A DNA stretch of 64,000 bases from Tubiluchus corallicola (lineage: Eukaryota > Animalia > Priapulida): positions 1-64,000 of the forward strand of contig JAQGDQ010000002.1 of the NCBI GenBank assembly GCA_030141605.1, in the 5' to 3' direction. The notes beneath the pieces were generated by a model. That model was not told the origin of the DNA and searched no databases. It saw nothing but the letters and a program-made list of their open reading frames with translations. Position numbers and translations under genes: made by a program. Below, in pieces: positions 1 to 13,800 of the stretch (positions are counted from its first letter, which is position 1; each line of letters starts with the position of its first letter).

Positions 1-543
1 ATAGGCAATGACCCAACACCTAGTATGCTTCGTTCAGTTACGTGTGTACTATGGATATTACATATTATTTAAATTGCAAATTACTATAACAAATTTAACC
101 CTTAACATGCATTTAGTCCTGAACTAAAAATGTTAAAATAATGTTGTTAAAATAATTATGTCAGGAAAGCAATATGTAGTGGAATTTTTACTTTGTTTTT
201 ATCCCATTCTGTATGGCGTTTTTTTAACAAACTTGAGATTTGCAACATTGCAGTTGCACAGTCCATTAAATTATTAGCGGAAGTTGTCAGCGTTGAGTGG
301 ATAAGATTGAACATGGCAGATGGAAAGTGAAACATTTATCGACTTGAAAACATCAGTTTTATGGTGAAAAAAAACAACATAGAAATAAATGCAGTATGAA
401 TTTATTTGCTAAATAATTACCAGTGAGTTAGTATAAGTGATTTGCGGTATTCCTTTACTGAATTTTTATCGAGCTTTGACAGCTTTGCCAAACTTCAGTA
501 ATAGTACACAAATCCGGGCCTAATAGTGATTCCTATTCAGAAC

Positions 544-1347
544 TAGGGATGCACCAAATATGTGAATCACTGAATGTCAGTATAAAAATCTGGACAGGTA
601 GACCTCGGTTGTAATCACTAAATGTTTGGTATACTGAAATTACTGTTTTATAAGTGCAAGATTTGGTGAAAATTATATTAAACAAGCCGAATATCTCCCT
701 ATAATGCTTATAAAAATTTATCAGGAAAATGTTACTAGTAAACAGCAAGCACGGCACTACAGCCGACATTTTGCTTTGTGTTTCTGTATGATAACTCGAA
801 GAATGCGATGCACTGTCTGTACACAAGTGTCAATGCATAATAGTGTGGCAATGCTGCATTTGCTTATACAACAAAATAAATCTATGGGAACTCAATCTAG
901 TAAACAATTATACTATTGCAGTTTTTCTCAAATACTGTTTTTATTGATTACACAGAATAGTTTGAACAGCTTTTGAAAGAATTAGCACTGCTTTTAAAAT
1001 ACTTCACTACATAACATTTACTGTTAAATGCAAATGCCGATTTAGTAAACAGAACAACTTTCACAGCTAACCAATCACCACAAACTTAAAATGATGGTGA
1101 ATATTATAGAGTTTATGATTCTTTTCAATTGGAATTTCAAGCACATTTGGTTCACTTTCCATAGAAAATTATCTTCAGCTTCGGTTTAGTGTTTCAATTT
1201 AAGTTAATATTTTATTCGGAATTCGGTTTTTCGGCTTGGCCGTTCATTCGGCTAAGCCTTTGCTCGGTGGATAAAGAAAAGTTATAAAGGATAAAGAAAA
1301 ATCAGGTTTGGTTCGGTTTATGAAAATGTGCATTTGGTCCACCCCTA
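544..1347. mobile_element. Non-autonomous hAT-type MITE (~800 bp)
   Basis: TIRs tagggatgcaccaaat / atttggtccaccccta (14/16 inverted match); decayed 8-bp TSD ttcagaac / gtcggaac; clustered ttcgg subterminal repeats at 1180-1320. Confidence 0.65.
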
Positions 1348-1760
1348 GTCGGAACCAAACATTCGCTTGAAACTGAACTTCAATTCATATCTAGTGCACA
1401 CAGCGAATGAATCATTACCGTGAATTTAACGAAAAGGCCCTCTAAGATAATCAGTGGATGAAGCAATGGGCACCTGTGATAATTATGTCTAATCGATAAC
1501 AATACTTTAAATGACAATTATCGGTACATGTTTAAAATCATATGAGTAATTTACACATGGAGATAATGTTATTACATTGCCAAAAAAGTTTTTTTAAATT
1601 GGTAAAGTCCAAATCATTGAATATTGTTCTTATTTCCTCCTCCTTTAGCATAGTTGCACATAACATTGTTTTCAGTCTGCACACTCCTGCAGGTGCACAA
1701 CCTCTGATTTTGTGGGGTACTATCTTACATAATGTCTATTTTAATTTGTGTGTTTTGTAG

Positions 1761-1874
1761 GTACAGTTCTATTTTCATGAGCTACCTCAGTCAGCTCATC
1801 AGTCATTACGAGACTCACTGATTGAACACTTGGATCAAGTAACCCCAGCTACTAATCATGTTATTGTTACGCAG
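1761..1874 (+). CDS. TNPO3: Transportin-3 exon (VQFYFHELP...VIVTQ)
   Basis: ttgtag acceptor, gtaaga donor; SLRDSL motif. Confidence 0.9.
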
Positions 1875-4800
1875 GTAAGACCGACAGAAAACCCGAAAGT
1901 GAGTTTCATTTTACATTGTGTTGCAGATTTACAGTGGTGGCACGGAAAATAAGAAGCAGATTTTCCACCCTTGCTGTGCATTGTTGTGCCTTGTAGTAGA
2001 GTAATGCATTTATATTTTCACTTGCATAGTTTATCTTAGGTAAAAAAAGAGCAGTTGTTAATAACTATTATGTATACATTATATTAGCACTGGATTAGCA
2101 GTGGTTATAATAGGCTTATACAGTACTACTCAGGGTTTGATGCTGTGGTCTCTGATCTATTGCCACATGCCAAGTGTCTACGTAGTTTAAATCCAGTGAA
2201 GTATTTAGTAAGTCTCTTCAGAAAATTTACATTTGTTAAATAGCTAGTTTTCAAATATCTTGTCAGAATAGATTTTTAATAATTTGTTTTGCAGATGAAA
2301 TAGGAGACAAAAGCAATATATCATGCACTACGCAATTGAGTTTCAGAGCTGACATTGTTGCATGTTAGGGGTCCAATCCCGAAAATTTGGGATCCTGCAT
2401 CCATAGTTTTTTCTTTTTTAGGAGGGATCAGGATTAAATATTTCCAGGTTTTAGGAATTGGTATTTGGGATTAGATCTTTATTTATACGTCGTGAAGGAC
2501 TAATGTAGTATGATAAATTACAAACTAACAACTAACAAAAATTCCGGTTTTTCTCAGTTTTGTTTCCATCTTTTCCTTTCAACGGTAATTAAGTTTAGTT
2601 ACAAATTGCGTTCAATTAAATTATGCCTATTTTCACAGCTGTGTAAAAATTTACCTGTTTCCTTGATTATGTACACGTTGCCTTAATCAGTCACACTCAC
2701 AGACTGGCCGAATTTATGGGTTTGAAACATCCATGAAAAGAAGTTCTTGGGAAGCAGAGATTTAATATATAAAGTTTATTATTGTAATATTGGTTTTATA
2801 GTAATGAGATGGCCTCCTAATTCAAATGGGCATTTGAGAATTTAATCAGTTTTTCCCCTGAATCTCTCAATATACTGTATATAACGATTTTATCTGACGG
2901 TGTTACATGAATTGCTCCGGAATAATTTAATTAGCTGTGTTAATTTATATTTTCCTCCTATTTTGTTGTTCTATTTTCTTGCAAACCATGTTCCTACAAC
3001 CAAATAGTCACAGGCTCTACTTAATGAACTGATAACTTTTACACCTCATTGTAATGTAATGTAATGGTATTCGGCACTCACAGAAGTGCTTGTACTATAA
3101 AATTGTAAAAAGGTATACTACAATGTTGAACAGCAGGCATCATGCTCAACAATAATGCTGTGCTCGGACAGTACATCAAAAACAAATCGATTTTCTGTAT
3201 TCTTTGTGTTTTGGCGGTATCAAATATTACAAAATTCTAAATTTAATAATTACATTTTTTATTAATCGATCTAAAAGTGAGTTTTTGAAATTCAACAGAG
3301 AATGCGCTTAAGTACATAAAAATTGAATTTTTTCAATGACATAAATTTGCCATATATTTTAAATACAGTAGTTATGCTAAATAACTTCCAATTTTTGTTC
3401 AATATATCTGCGAGGCATGAATTTAGTTTTACATGGTGTATTAGTTTATATCATTTAACAAACAGTTCCTTTTGTTTACCTCACAACTTTCGTTTTCTGA
3501 AAGATAACACAAAAAGACCAATTTTCAATTAGTCAAAAAGACTAAAATTCTGTAAAAAAAACATGTACATGCAAGTATCAAGAAAGCATGTATGTACTCT
3601 GATTTTTTTTAAGGAAGTGCACACTTCATACCCTCGGTTCAAACACTGAACAGAAAGGCAATTGATTTAGCTAATGATTGTGCCAAGGAACTTTCTTTCA
3701 TTATCAGGTTTATTCTAGAACATGATATATTAATCCATTAGAGGTTCTCATTTGCATCTGATCATGGTCTTTTTTTGCGAAATTATTCACCCTTTCTCAA
3801 CAGAAATAAATATACATAGGCCTTTTGAATAAAAGCAGAAATAACAGGGGACTCCTGTTTTTACTGTTTGCGTTAAAGATACCAACGGACAACTTAATTA
3901 AAAGTAGAATCATGAAAGTAGTCAGAATGTTTGTCAGAATCTTTTCGCAAAAAAAATCGTGCACGAAAAAGGCAAAATGAAATTAGCTCTAATACTTCAC
4001 ATTACCATGGTAATCACATTAAATTCTTTTGCCACGTTGCCTTTGTGAGTGGCTTGCATTAAAATTACATTTTTTGTGATTATTTCAGTTGTGCTTGGCA
4101 ATGGCCGATCTTGCTTTACAAATGGTGTCTTGGAAAAACTCAGCACAGGACCTGATACAAAAGTATAAGCTGCATTTATTTTGAATAGATTAAATTATTA
4201 TTAGCTACTGAATGAAAAGACTGCATTTATGTGAGAGAGGTGTTGAATGGTGAGGGAGATAGCTTTCAGTATTGATTTCAGCTTGCACATCAGTTTCAAA
4301 TTTTTGGTCTTGGAACTTGTCATTTTTGTGCTGTGTTGTTCATTTCCATGTATTTCATTTCACTGCATTTAACCGAAAATGAGTCGTAGTTCGACAACAT
4401 GCGTGTCAGTGATCTGTTGTCTGAGGCCTGTTACACATCTTCGTCTGTTAATTTTAATTCTTGGTTTTGTATCGTTCTTTGTTTTTAAATGTTACGATCT
4501 TGGTTTTGGAAGTATTGAATGTCGTAGTATAGTGTTTCTTAATGCTGGATGTGGAGGTCTTGGTTTTTTTATCTGTGTTGAATGTTTTGGTCTTGGTTTT
4601 GCATTAATCTTCAATGTCAGTGTCTTGGAATAAGTATGTAAGACGACTCAAGCTGTAACTTTAAAAAATGCAAAATTGATTTAACCTGTGCTTAATTGTA
4701 TAAACTGAAGTTACCTGCAGTTAATTTGTTAATTGTCAAGTTCGATGCTTAACCAAACAAAGTGGTAGGTGATTTTTATCCACATAAATATGCTTAAAGG

Positions 4801-7800
4801 TACTACAGTTAATGCAATCCACAAATTCTTCTATAGTTAAAATCAAGGAAAATTGCCTTGTTTCACTATTATAAGATTTTTATAAAGCATCACTGTTTCA
4901 TCAATTTCAGATTTGCGCACAATCCACACCATGTGCAGCTTCTATTAGACATCCTTAAAGTTCTTCCAGAAGAGGTGAACAGCCGACATCTACGACTTGG
5001 TGCGAATAGAAGAAAAGAAATTACCACCGAATTAGAAGAAACGGTTCCCTTAGTGTTACAGTTGCTTGTGCGTAAATTTAATCTATTAATTCTCTTTTAT
5101 TCGAACTGTGTGTCGTCTGGCTAATATTTGATTTTTTAAACCAAAATTTAAAATTTTACAAATTGATATTGTCACCTGTATAGTTACCCGTTTTATTATT
5201 TCTGTTTTGGTTTCTCGCACTTTCCTTTTTTGATCAGACTAAATAGTAGAAGGATACCAGTGTTTTTTTTTGTATCACACACAAGAATCTTACTGAATTA
5301 AAATAAAAATATAAATTGAAAAAAGAAATAATTAACACCGTTAACTACAGAACTTGACATGAAGGTGACTGAAATTTTATAAGTTTTTGTTCTAATAACA
5401 ACTCGGTGATTACATGCACATTCAATTTCCTGCGTAACTATCATTTCAATTTAACTGCAAATAAGTATTAGCAAATTAAATAAAAGTCACTTGAAATGGT
5501 ATTTTGATGATAAAATAATCACCAGTTAGCTTGATTTTTCAGTGAAAGTACTTGAATCCGAAGACCTAGTTGAGTTGAAAATTGAACGTAACAGCTAATT
5601 TTTACAGATGTGGTAAATTTCTCAACAACATGTTACAAAAAGTTTTTTCAATTGTGTTTCAGAACCAGTACTGGTAATCTTTCCATGTGTTTTACAATAA
5701 CATTTGTCACCTGCTTAGTAGTAAGGTTTTGGTTTGCTTGATGTATTGACAGGTGACACTGCCCTACAATAGAAACATCATTTTCAGGTGTATTAATTAC
5801 CACATGTGTAGATAAAGTGTGTTAACAGCTGCTAAGATTATTCGAAATAAAAAAAGTTATTTTGCAGAAAAGTAAGGGACGGTAATTTGTATCTCAAGTT
5901 TACATGCAGGATTTGAACCAGAAAGCTCCAACTTAAAATTCATTGATTATGGAGTCAAACCCTAGGTCAATTGAAATTTTTTCATTGTTATTTCTTTTGT
6001 TCTGACCATATGTTTGACGTAGGTTAATTAAATATTAAATACAGTGCTATTAATTAATGTTATAAGTCTTCAGTTAATAAGTTGACCATTTTGCAGTGTA
6101 CTTACCTCGACTCTCCAACTCGAGATCCCGAATACCATTTACAGACAGGTGTATATAAATGCCTGGCAAGTTGGCTGAACTTAGATGTTATACCAACTAA
6201 AGAAATTGCTAATAGCAAATTGCTAGGCATCCTTTTTCAGGATTTGGTATGTTTTTTTATTTTTTATTCTTATGTTTCAAAGTTATTATTGTTATAATAA
6301 AAAAAACGTTGTTTTTCAAATACTTTAATTTTCATTGATAGAAACTTTGTGTTGTTACGTGTCTCACAAGTATTCTAGCACTTGACTAAAAAACAAAAAA
6401 TTTCTTGTAGGCAAATGCAAGTATTCCTTCTGCTTACCATGAGGTACTCAGTGACTGCTTATGTGCTGCATTATATTGTGTTGAGGTACATTTGCTAACT
6501 TGTAAATATTGGTTTTGCTTGTAGGCTTATACTATCTAAAATTCTATTCTATAAATATTTACATGTCAGCCTGCTTTATACTGAAGTCTTGGATTAAAAA
6601 ATTTTGCAAGATTAAAAAATAAATGCTAAGTTATTAAAGTTTATTTTACATTGAATATAAGTGTTTAATTGTTTGCTGCTCTGTAAGTTTTCATTCTGTA
6701 GAAATTCTCGTTTTGCAGGATATTAAACAGCAACGTGAATTAGCAGAAGTGTTATTTAAGGGAGTGTTAACCTTACCAGAAGCATACCACATGTCTGTGG
6801 CTGAGGAAGATATCGACAAGTCTATCAATTATTGTCGCATTTTTACAGAAATGGCAGAATCTTTTCTGGACGACATCGTCGATTCGCCTGATGTAAGACT
6901 CACTTATCTGAAAAAACGTTTTACCTGCGAAATAAATGTGGTACAATCTCCAGCTTCATGAAATTCTTAGAGCTGATTATCAGTTTTGGCTTGGGATTTT
7001 AAATACTTATCGGATACTTAGTACAGTAGTCATTGCTTAACAAGACCACCACAGGACCAGCAATAAGTGGTCTTAATAAACAGTAGTTTTATTGTGCAGC
7101 AGCCTGTTGCAATATGCAGAAGTTGTTCACTTGCGTCACCTTGATTTTTAACATCCATTCTGTAAAAACATGTTTATTAATTAACTGTCAATTTTAGCTA
7201 TATATAGTTCATATCAACCATTGTTGTAACCAACGCAAGCTTTTGTGAGACACTCATAAAGTCCCAGCCACTTTCCTCTGGGTAGGTGGACGGAGTTAGA
7301 TGCACAAGACAAGTTAGAGTTATTATATTAGAGTTGCACCAGCTGCAATTGTGTAGCTGGTGGAAAGCGGCCGGCTACAGAGTTACAGCTATTTAAATTT
7401 ATTAACAATTCTAATTTCTCCTGTGCATCTAGCTCCGTCCACTTCTGTTTGCCTAGCATAATTAAGCCCACTACGTACAAAAACTTTGCTTACAGGCTAT
7501 TGCAGACAATTAGAATCGAGAGCAGCCAGCTCACTCGCATTCTAGTGTACAAGTTACAACAGTGCTTTAAGTGATTCAACATATTAAAGTCTAATATACG
7601 CTGAGCATTTATGTCAAAACAGCTGGCTTTAACTTTCAATGTGACTTAAACTAAGAAGAGGTGAATCTAGGAAACATGATTTATGTTTCAACTGGGTACT
7701 TTAAAATAGGCAAACTACCAAAAATACATTTTATATTTTTTTATTTTGCTATTGCTTTTGTGTCACCTATTACTAAAAATTTGGTCTTATTAAAGAACAC

Positions 7801-10800
7801 ACAGGTTTTAACAAAAACCAAATTTTCTTAACAACAGATTCTATAGGGGGTAATTCTGGACCCTGTCTAAATGATTGTAAAATGCGACTGGTTCTATTAT
7901 CCATGGTTCTATTAATCGTGTATTACTGTGCTTTTTTCTTTCTTGTCTAAGTTTTTATTTGCAAATATCTGTAATTTTATCATTAATTTTTATATTTATC
8001 TTTTGGTTTTTATTACCAAAGCTGCTTGTTTGCTTTAGTTTTTACAAATATCCATGTCTAAAATTCTAGAAGCACTAAGTAGTTGATTTCAGATTTCTTA
8101 AAAAGCATGTCACTTCCATTAGACACAAAAAAAATCTTCAAAAAGTGCATTTCGTGTTTTAAGGTTGCAAGTCATAAATACAGTTAAAGGGGTCTAATTA
8201 CCAATTGTTTTTTCATAAAAAGCTGTTTATCAGAAAAGATGTTAATTTTTACCCATTTCATGTTTTGCAGAGTACAGAATATTTTGGTACATTCGGAGGC
8301 CCAACATTTGAGCTTTTACTTATGTGCATCGAACACCATCAGTATGAAGTTGCTGAAATAACATTTAATCTATGGTATCGGTTATCTGAAAGTCTAGCTG
8401 AAAAAAATGACACAAAAAAGGAAGCCATTTTCACACCATTCATCCAGCGATTACTGCTGGGTTTGTGTCGGCATTGTCAAATGGAACCTGATGAAGTAAG
8501 TATGAAGTAGTGAGTTGACAGCTATCCCATGTTTAGTTATCAGCTATTTTTGATCAACAACTATCTGCTATTTATTGCTTCACATAACTGTAGTTTTGTG
8601 AAGATATTCGCAAGATATTTAGTTGTAGGCAAGTAGCCTACTAGTAGTTCAAGTTGTGAGGCACTTGTTGCGTTTTATGTAGCTACCGCTACTCAAAATT
8701 TCAGCTAATAACTAGTTTTGGTGACTACACACTAGTACACAGTCATTGCAAATTTTGAAGCCTTTATGGAAGACGTTGTAGCATTTACTTGAGTGAGTAA
8801 TAATTATGGCATGCTGTTCTAGATTGCATTTTGTCATGAAGATAGTCACAACTTGTGAAGCTTCTTTATGTAGAATGTTTGAAATTAGCTTTTCAAAGCA
8901 CGTTTATTCTAACTTGGGCTTATATTGTTAAGCACACAAAAGACTCAAAAGTTGTCCATTAAGACAACTTAAAATTTATCTGTGCGTGATATTGGATGTT
9001 TTTTCACACTGCTCTGGCATAATAATTATTTTTTATGTGCAGCAAAGTATTCCTGATGACAATGATGATTTTGGACATTTCCGTAACCAGGTGTCAGAGT
9101 TAATCAAAGATGTGATATTTCTCGTTGGGTCAGTGAATTGTTTCTCCCAGGTACGTACCAGAAGATGCTTGATTTAAATTGAAAACCAGTTTGGGATTGT
9201 ATTTCACATTGGTTGAAGCATTAAAAATTGTTCAGGGAGCACTATCCCTTAAAAGTAGATAGAGTGGCACAGAAATTAGTGCTATTTGACATGGAAGTTT
9301 GCACTGTTCGTGGAACAGCAAAATACAAATCATAATGTTGTTAACAGTGGCTAGTTGCCATGTTACGTTCATGCATTCACATTCAGTACGATATTTATTT
9401 TTGTTTCAAAATAAAGGAAATATTTGCTTTCTGGAAGCTAATTCATTGTGTGAGACACTCAGAAAACAGTGTGGCAATGTACTGCCATCGCGACACAGCA
9501 GCCCACGTAAATAGAAGACCTGTTCAAAAGGGAGGCTTGCACTTGTTTTTTTCTGCAACGAACTTGGAACTTGAGTTTGTTACTTGTTAAAACTTATACA
9601 GGATGAATATTGTTTGTTTTTTTAGTTGATAGGTAAAGAGTATATTAGACAAAATAAATCTTAAAAACAATGTTTATGCAAAACTGTTGCTTTCACATTA
9701 AATAAATTGCATTTTAGATGTTCGAACTACTTCAAAATCATGCCAATAGTACGACTTGGGATCACTTGGAGGCAGCACTCTTTACTATGACTGCAGTAGC
9801 AAGAAACATAAGTCCGTGAGTGTTATTTGTGCTACATATGACCTTCATTGATATGTAACTATCCACGAGTAAGAAAAGCCTGAAACTTATTGCTTGGAAA
9901 GTCTTCACTTAGCATATATATGTGCACCAAGACATTTCCTTTACTGTTTAGTGATATTTAGTGATCTATTTTTCTCTGCTATAGGACTTAACATAGGCAT
10001 AGTTCAGATAATATGTATAAACTATGCTAAAAAGTAAATTAAATACTGTGGAACTGTCCAGCTTTTGGCAATATTCGATTTAAAAATAAACTTTTTAGCA
10101 GAAATTTATTTGGCAGGAGTGAAAATGAGGTTGTACCACGCGTAGTAGAGGCAGTGTTGAGCTTGCCTCCGGAGACACACGTGGCCGTCCGTTACACTAG
10201 CACTCGCTTAGTAGGAGAACTTTGTGAATGGATTGATAGCCATCATGAGTTACTAGGTAGGGCCCACTCATTAGTATTTTAATATGTTCAATATTTCTTG
10301 ATTTTGTCAGTTTTTTTATTTGTTTTATCTTTATGCAAAGTTTATCAAAACAGATATTCAACAATCATTAAATTTCATTTCTTTCCCAGTTTAGCAAACT
10401 ATACCAACAGCATTATTGTAATTTCGAAAAATATTGCCTGCATTGCGTTTTACTGTAATTTGTGAAAATGGTGACATAGGCTTTTAAAGAATTTACCATA
10501 AGCTAAAATTCTCTGAGGTTTTATGTTCGTTTTATGAACAAAATAATTTACCGTATTTTTAGCCATTTTCTTTCTGTCACATTATTAATGTAAGAGCAAG
10601 CATTGACTTATTACAGCATTAGGGCACAGTGTTTGCTTTATTATTGAGTGAATGTTTTGAGTGACGATTTTTCGTTGCTGTCTGAACTCGATTATGATCT
10701 GGTGTCTTCTGCACACTCCTGATGTTTATTTCGCATATTTCAATGCCAGACACCCAGTAGTAGAGATATTACATTTTTAAGTTGAAGACTTTGGTAATGT

Positions 10801-13800
10801 CTGAGCTGTCGTGTCATTTTGTGTACATCTTTTTTTCTGATCTGTCAATTTGCAAAATATCTATATCGATATTGCTATAGTGAACCACTAAAATTTTACT
10901 TTACCTCAAATTTATGAGAATGATATCTATGGTGACCACAAATGAATTTTGTCCCGGGCACGGTTGCGTTCTCCATACGTTTGTTTGGCATATTTCGATG
11001 ATGTTGCCTCATACGAGCAAAGATATTTTACTTAAGTATATAGTTTTCATCTCACATAAATTTTAAGAAGGTAGAACATCGAATAATTCGGAAGAATAGG
11101 ACTACCATTTCACTACTGTAATTTTGCTTTTGGATACATATTTGAATTATGCCTTGTGATCCTTCCCCGTGTGTATTCCACTGTGGTAACAGTCATTACA
11201 TTATTCTGATATTTATTTAGTTTATTTTACTCATTGCTTTCACACAGGCTACTTGTATGGGTGACTTTGCTATTTTGACCCCAAGCCATATGTGTTACAT
11301 TGCACAAAATTGGGTCAGCATTTCATGGCTCTAAAATCTTTTCAACTTTGTGTTCATGCAAATCCTAAAAACTTTAATGCAGACCCTGAGCTCAAATACT
11401 CTGGCAATTTTGATTTGTCCACCAAAATAATTATGGTTTTTCTAAATTGTGTTTTATTTGGATTATCAGAACTATTCAGTTTTGGTTCATCACAATAACA
11501 TGAAATCAGTAATTCTGGTGCAAAGCTGAAGATCAGCAAACGTGTTGGAATAAAAATAATTCCCAAATTGATTTTTTACGATTATTCCTGTAGTAAGATA
11601 CACTACCAGAGTTAAGGTCATTCTAGTTGTAGAGTTCATTTCTTCTAGATGCGTAATTTGATAATCTAAGCATTTGATTTCTTAAAACAATTTCTTTTTG
11701 TTCTAGACAAAGTTTTAAATTTTCTACTGGCGGGGTTGCAGGATCCACGCATTGCTCCAGCAGCGGCAGCAAGCTTACTGCAAATGTGTCAAACATGTCG
11801 AGATAAAATGCAACAACATTTTGATGGTTTAGTACAAATTATACAACACGTTGACTCTTTCAACATTAGCAATGACGCTGCAATAGATTTATTAAAAGGT
11901 ATAAACTGTGTGGCTTGTAAAAAAACTGCTCGTACTTGAACTGATATCCATCGAGCAGCTACACCTCAGCATTTTTTTACACTGTTTTGCTCATTGTATC
12001 ATTTGAACCATTTATTTTCATGAAATTTAATGTAGATGTAGATGTTAGTGACAGTTTATTTATTCAGTTAGTTACTTGCACATTATACCACAGATTCCTG
12101 TGCTTACATGTTTTTGCTTAAAATTCAGAGTTTGTGCCACCATCATATATGCTTAATTTTCCATTATTTTTAGGCACAGCAATGATTTTAGCAAAAATGC
12201 CTCCGGTAAAGATTTGCGAGGGTCTACGGTCAATATGTGCTGTTCAAGTTACTCATCTCAATCAGGTTTTTTTACATATTATCTTGCCTTTTTCATTCCT
12301 TTGCAAACTTATTTAACTGCGTTCTTGTGTTCACTCATGTTAATTTGGTGTATGATGCATGATTGAGTTTGGGTTTAGTTTTAGTTGAGCAATTGTATTT
12401 TCTTATTGTAGGTATTAAACACAGCAGGAGATGGTGGACATCTAGACAAATCTGATCCTGTTATTTGGTTGGACAGGTTAGCAGCAACATTTAGGTAGGT
12501 AAGAAAGTTCATACCCTGGACTTTGGAGCAACTTGCAAACCACTACACATTCAAAGTTATCTTCGTTACCTTGCATGGAAAGACGTGGGTTTGCATGGCA
12601 GACCTCCAAAAACTTACCGGTTTTTATAAACTTTGTGTAAAGCTTTGGTGCATGTTGTTTTGACATCAGTGGCAGCTTGTGTATAGGTACTGTGGTGCGG
12701 CAGCACCGCCTGTTTTCCACTCATTATTATCCATAATATTGAATATAATAATCTTTTTTCTTCAATTCTTTCTTTATACTTGTGCACGTGAGGGAAGTAC
12801 AATTTGCTTCACAGCCCAAGACATGCGCACATGTCTGAAATAAGATGCTGTACTTTAGGCGCAAAGAGTAGTGTCGCTTACTGCAGTCAGTTGTCAAGTG
12901 CTTAACAGCCGTGTATCAGCATATTCTTGAACTGCGACAATTTAGGCTATTCGTAAGAAAACAATATTTTTTGTTTAGGAGCTTAACAAGGTTATGTTTA
13001 AATTAGTTTGTTTAAAATTACAATTACAGCATTATAATTACATATGTTTGTTTCGGTTTACACGTTTACACAGTATTAAAACAATGGCTAAAAAATTTTT
13101 AATTTTGCAGCACCCCCACTACGAGCCGCCACTGTTTGTCATGTAACTGAGCTTCAGCTCACTTTAGTCAAGTTTTCTGAAACAAATTTATTCTTAATTA
13201 AATGATAACTAGTGAACTTATTGACTGTGTCATAAACTGTGTTAAGAGTTTACTTCTGTGACAGGAAATGCTGCAACTAATAGCCTTTGTTTCATATTAA
13301 CATATAAAAAAATGTTTCAAAAAAATTGACAACATGTACGTCAATGGTCAATACTCTGAAGGTCATAATATCTCCTTTATTGAATTTGCCGTGCTTGACT
13401 GCCTAAGAATTCCATTTTGTTTCAGTGAAATTGTTAATTCTAATTTTTGACTTGTGACCCATGGCTTAAGCATCAGCCAATCTTGGGCCAACATACACCA
13501 TTCAATTTGTCTCATTTAGTTTAATTTTTTGTTTCACAAGATTCTTAAATGTCATCCCCAATAAGAACATTATCCAGAAGAGTAGTCACTACAATATGGG
13601 TTGAGTTACTCAAGCAAAAATATTCTGTATATTTCAACTATATTGCATTGGTAACATCTTAGCGTACAAAATATTTCCCTATCAAAGAGTAACCATGACT
13701 ATCGTGTCATTCTCCTGTTTATCTTTGTTGTTTAGTAAAAATACTAATTCTAAGTAATAACACATTATTTTGTTTTGAAGGCATTTAAGTGGTGTTGCTG

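Noticed and set aside
4163-4170. GTAT-starting donors as U12-type introns
   Set aside because: None shows the GTATCCTT consensus.
10661-10722. C/D snoRNA-like layout (GTGACGA...CTGA...CTGA) with partial complementarity to an 18S rRNA segment
   Set aside because: Non-canonical C box, no terminal stem, and the pairing needs several G-U wobbles; a local hairpin explains it.
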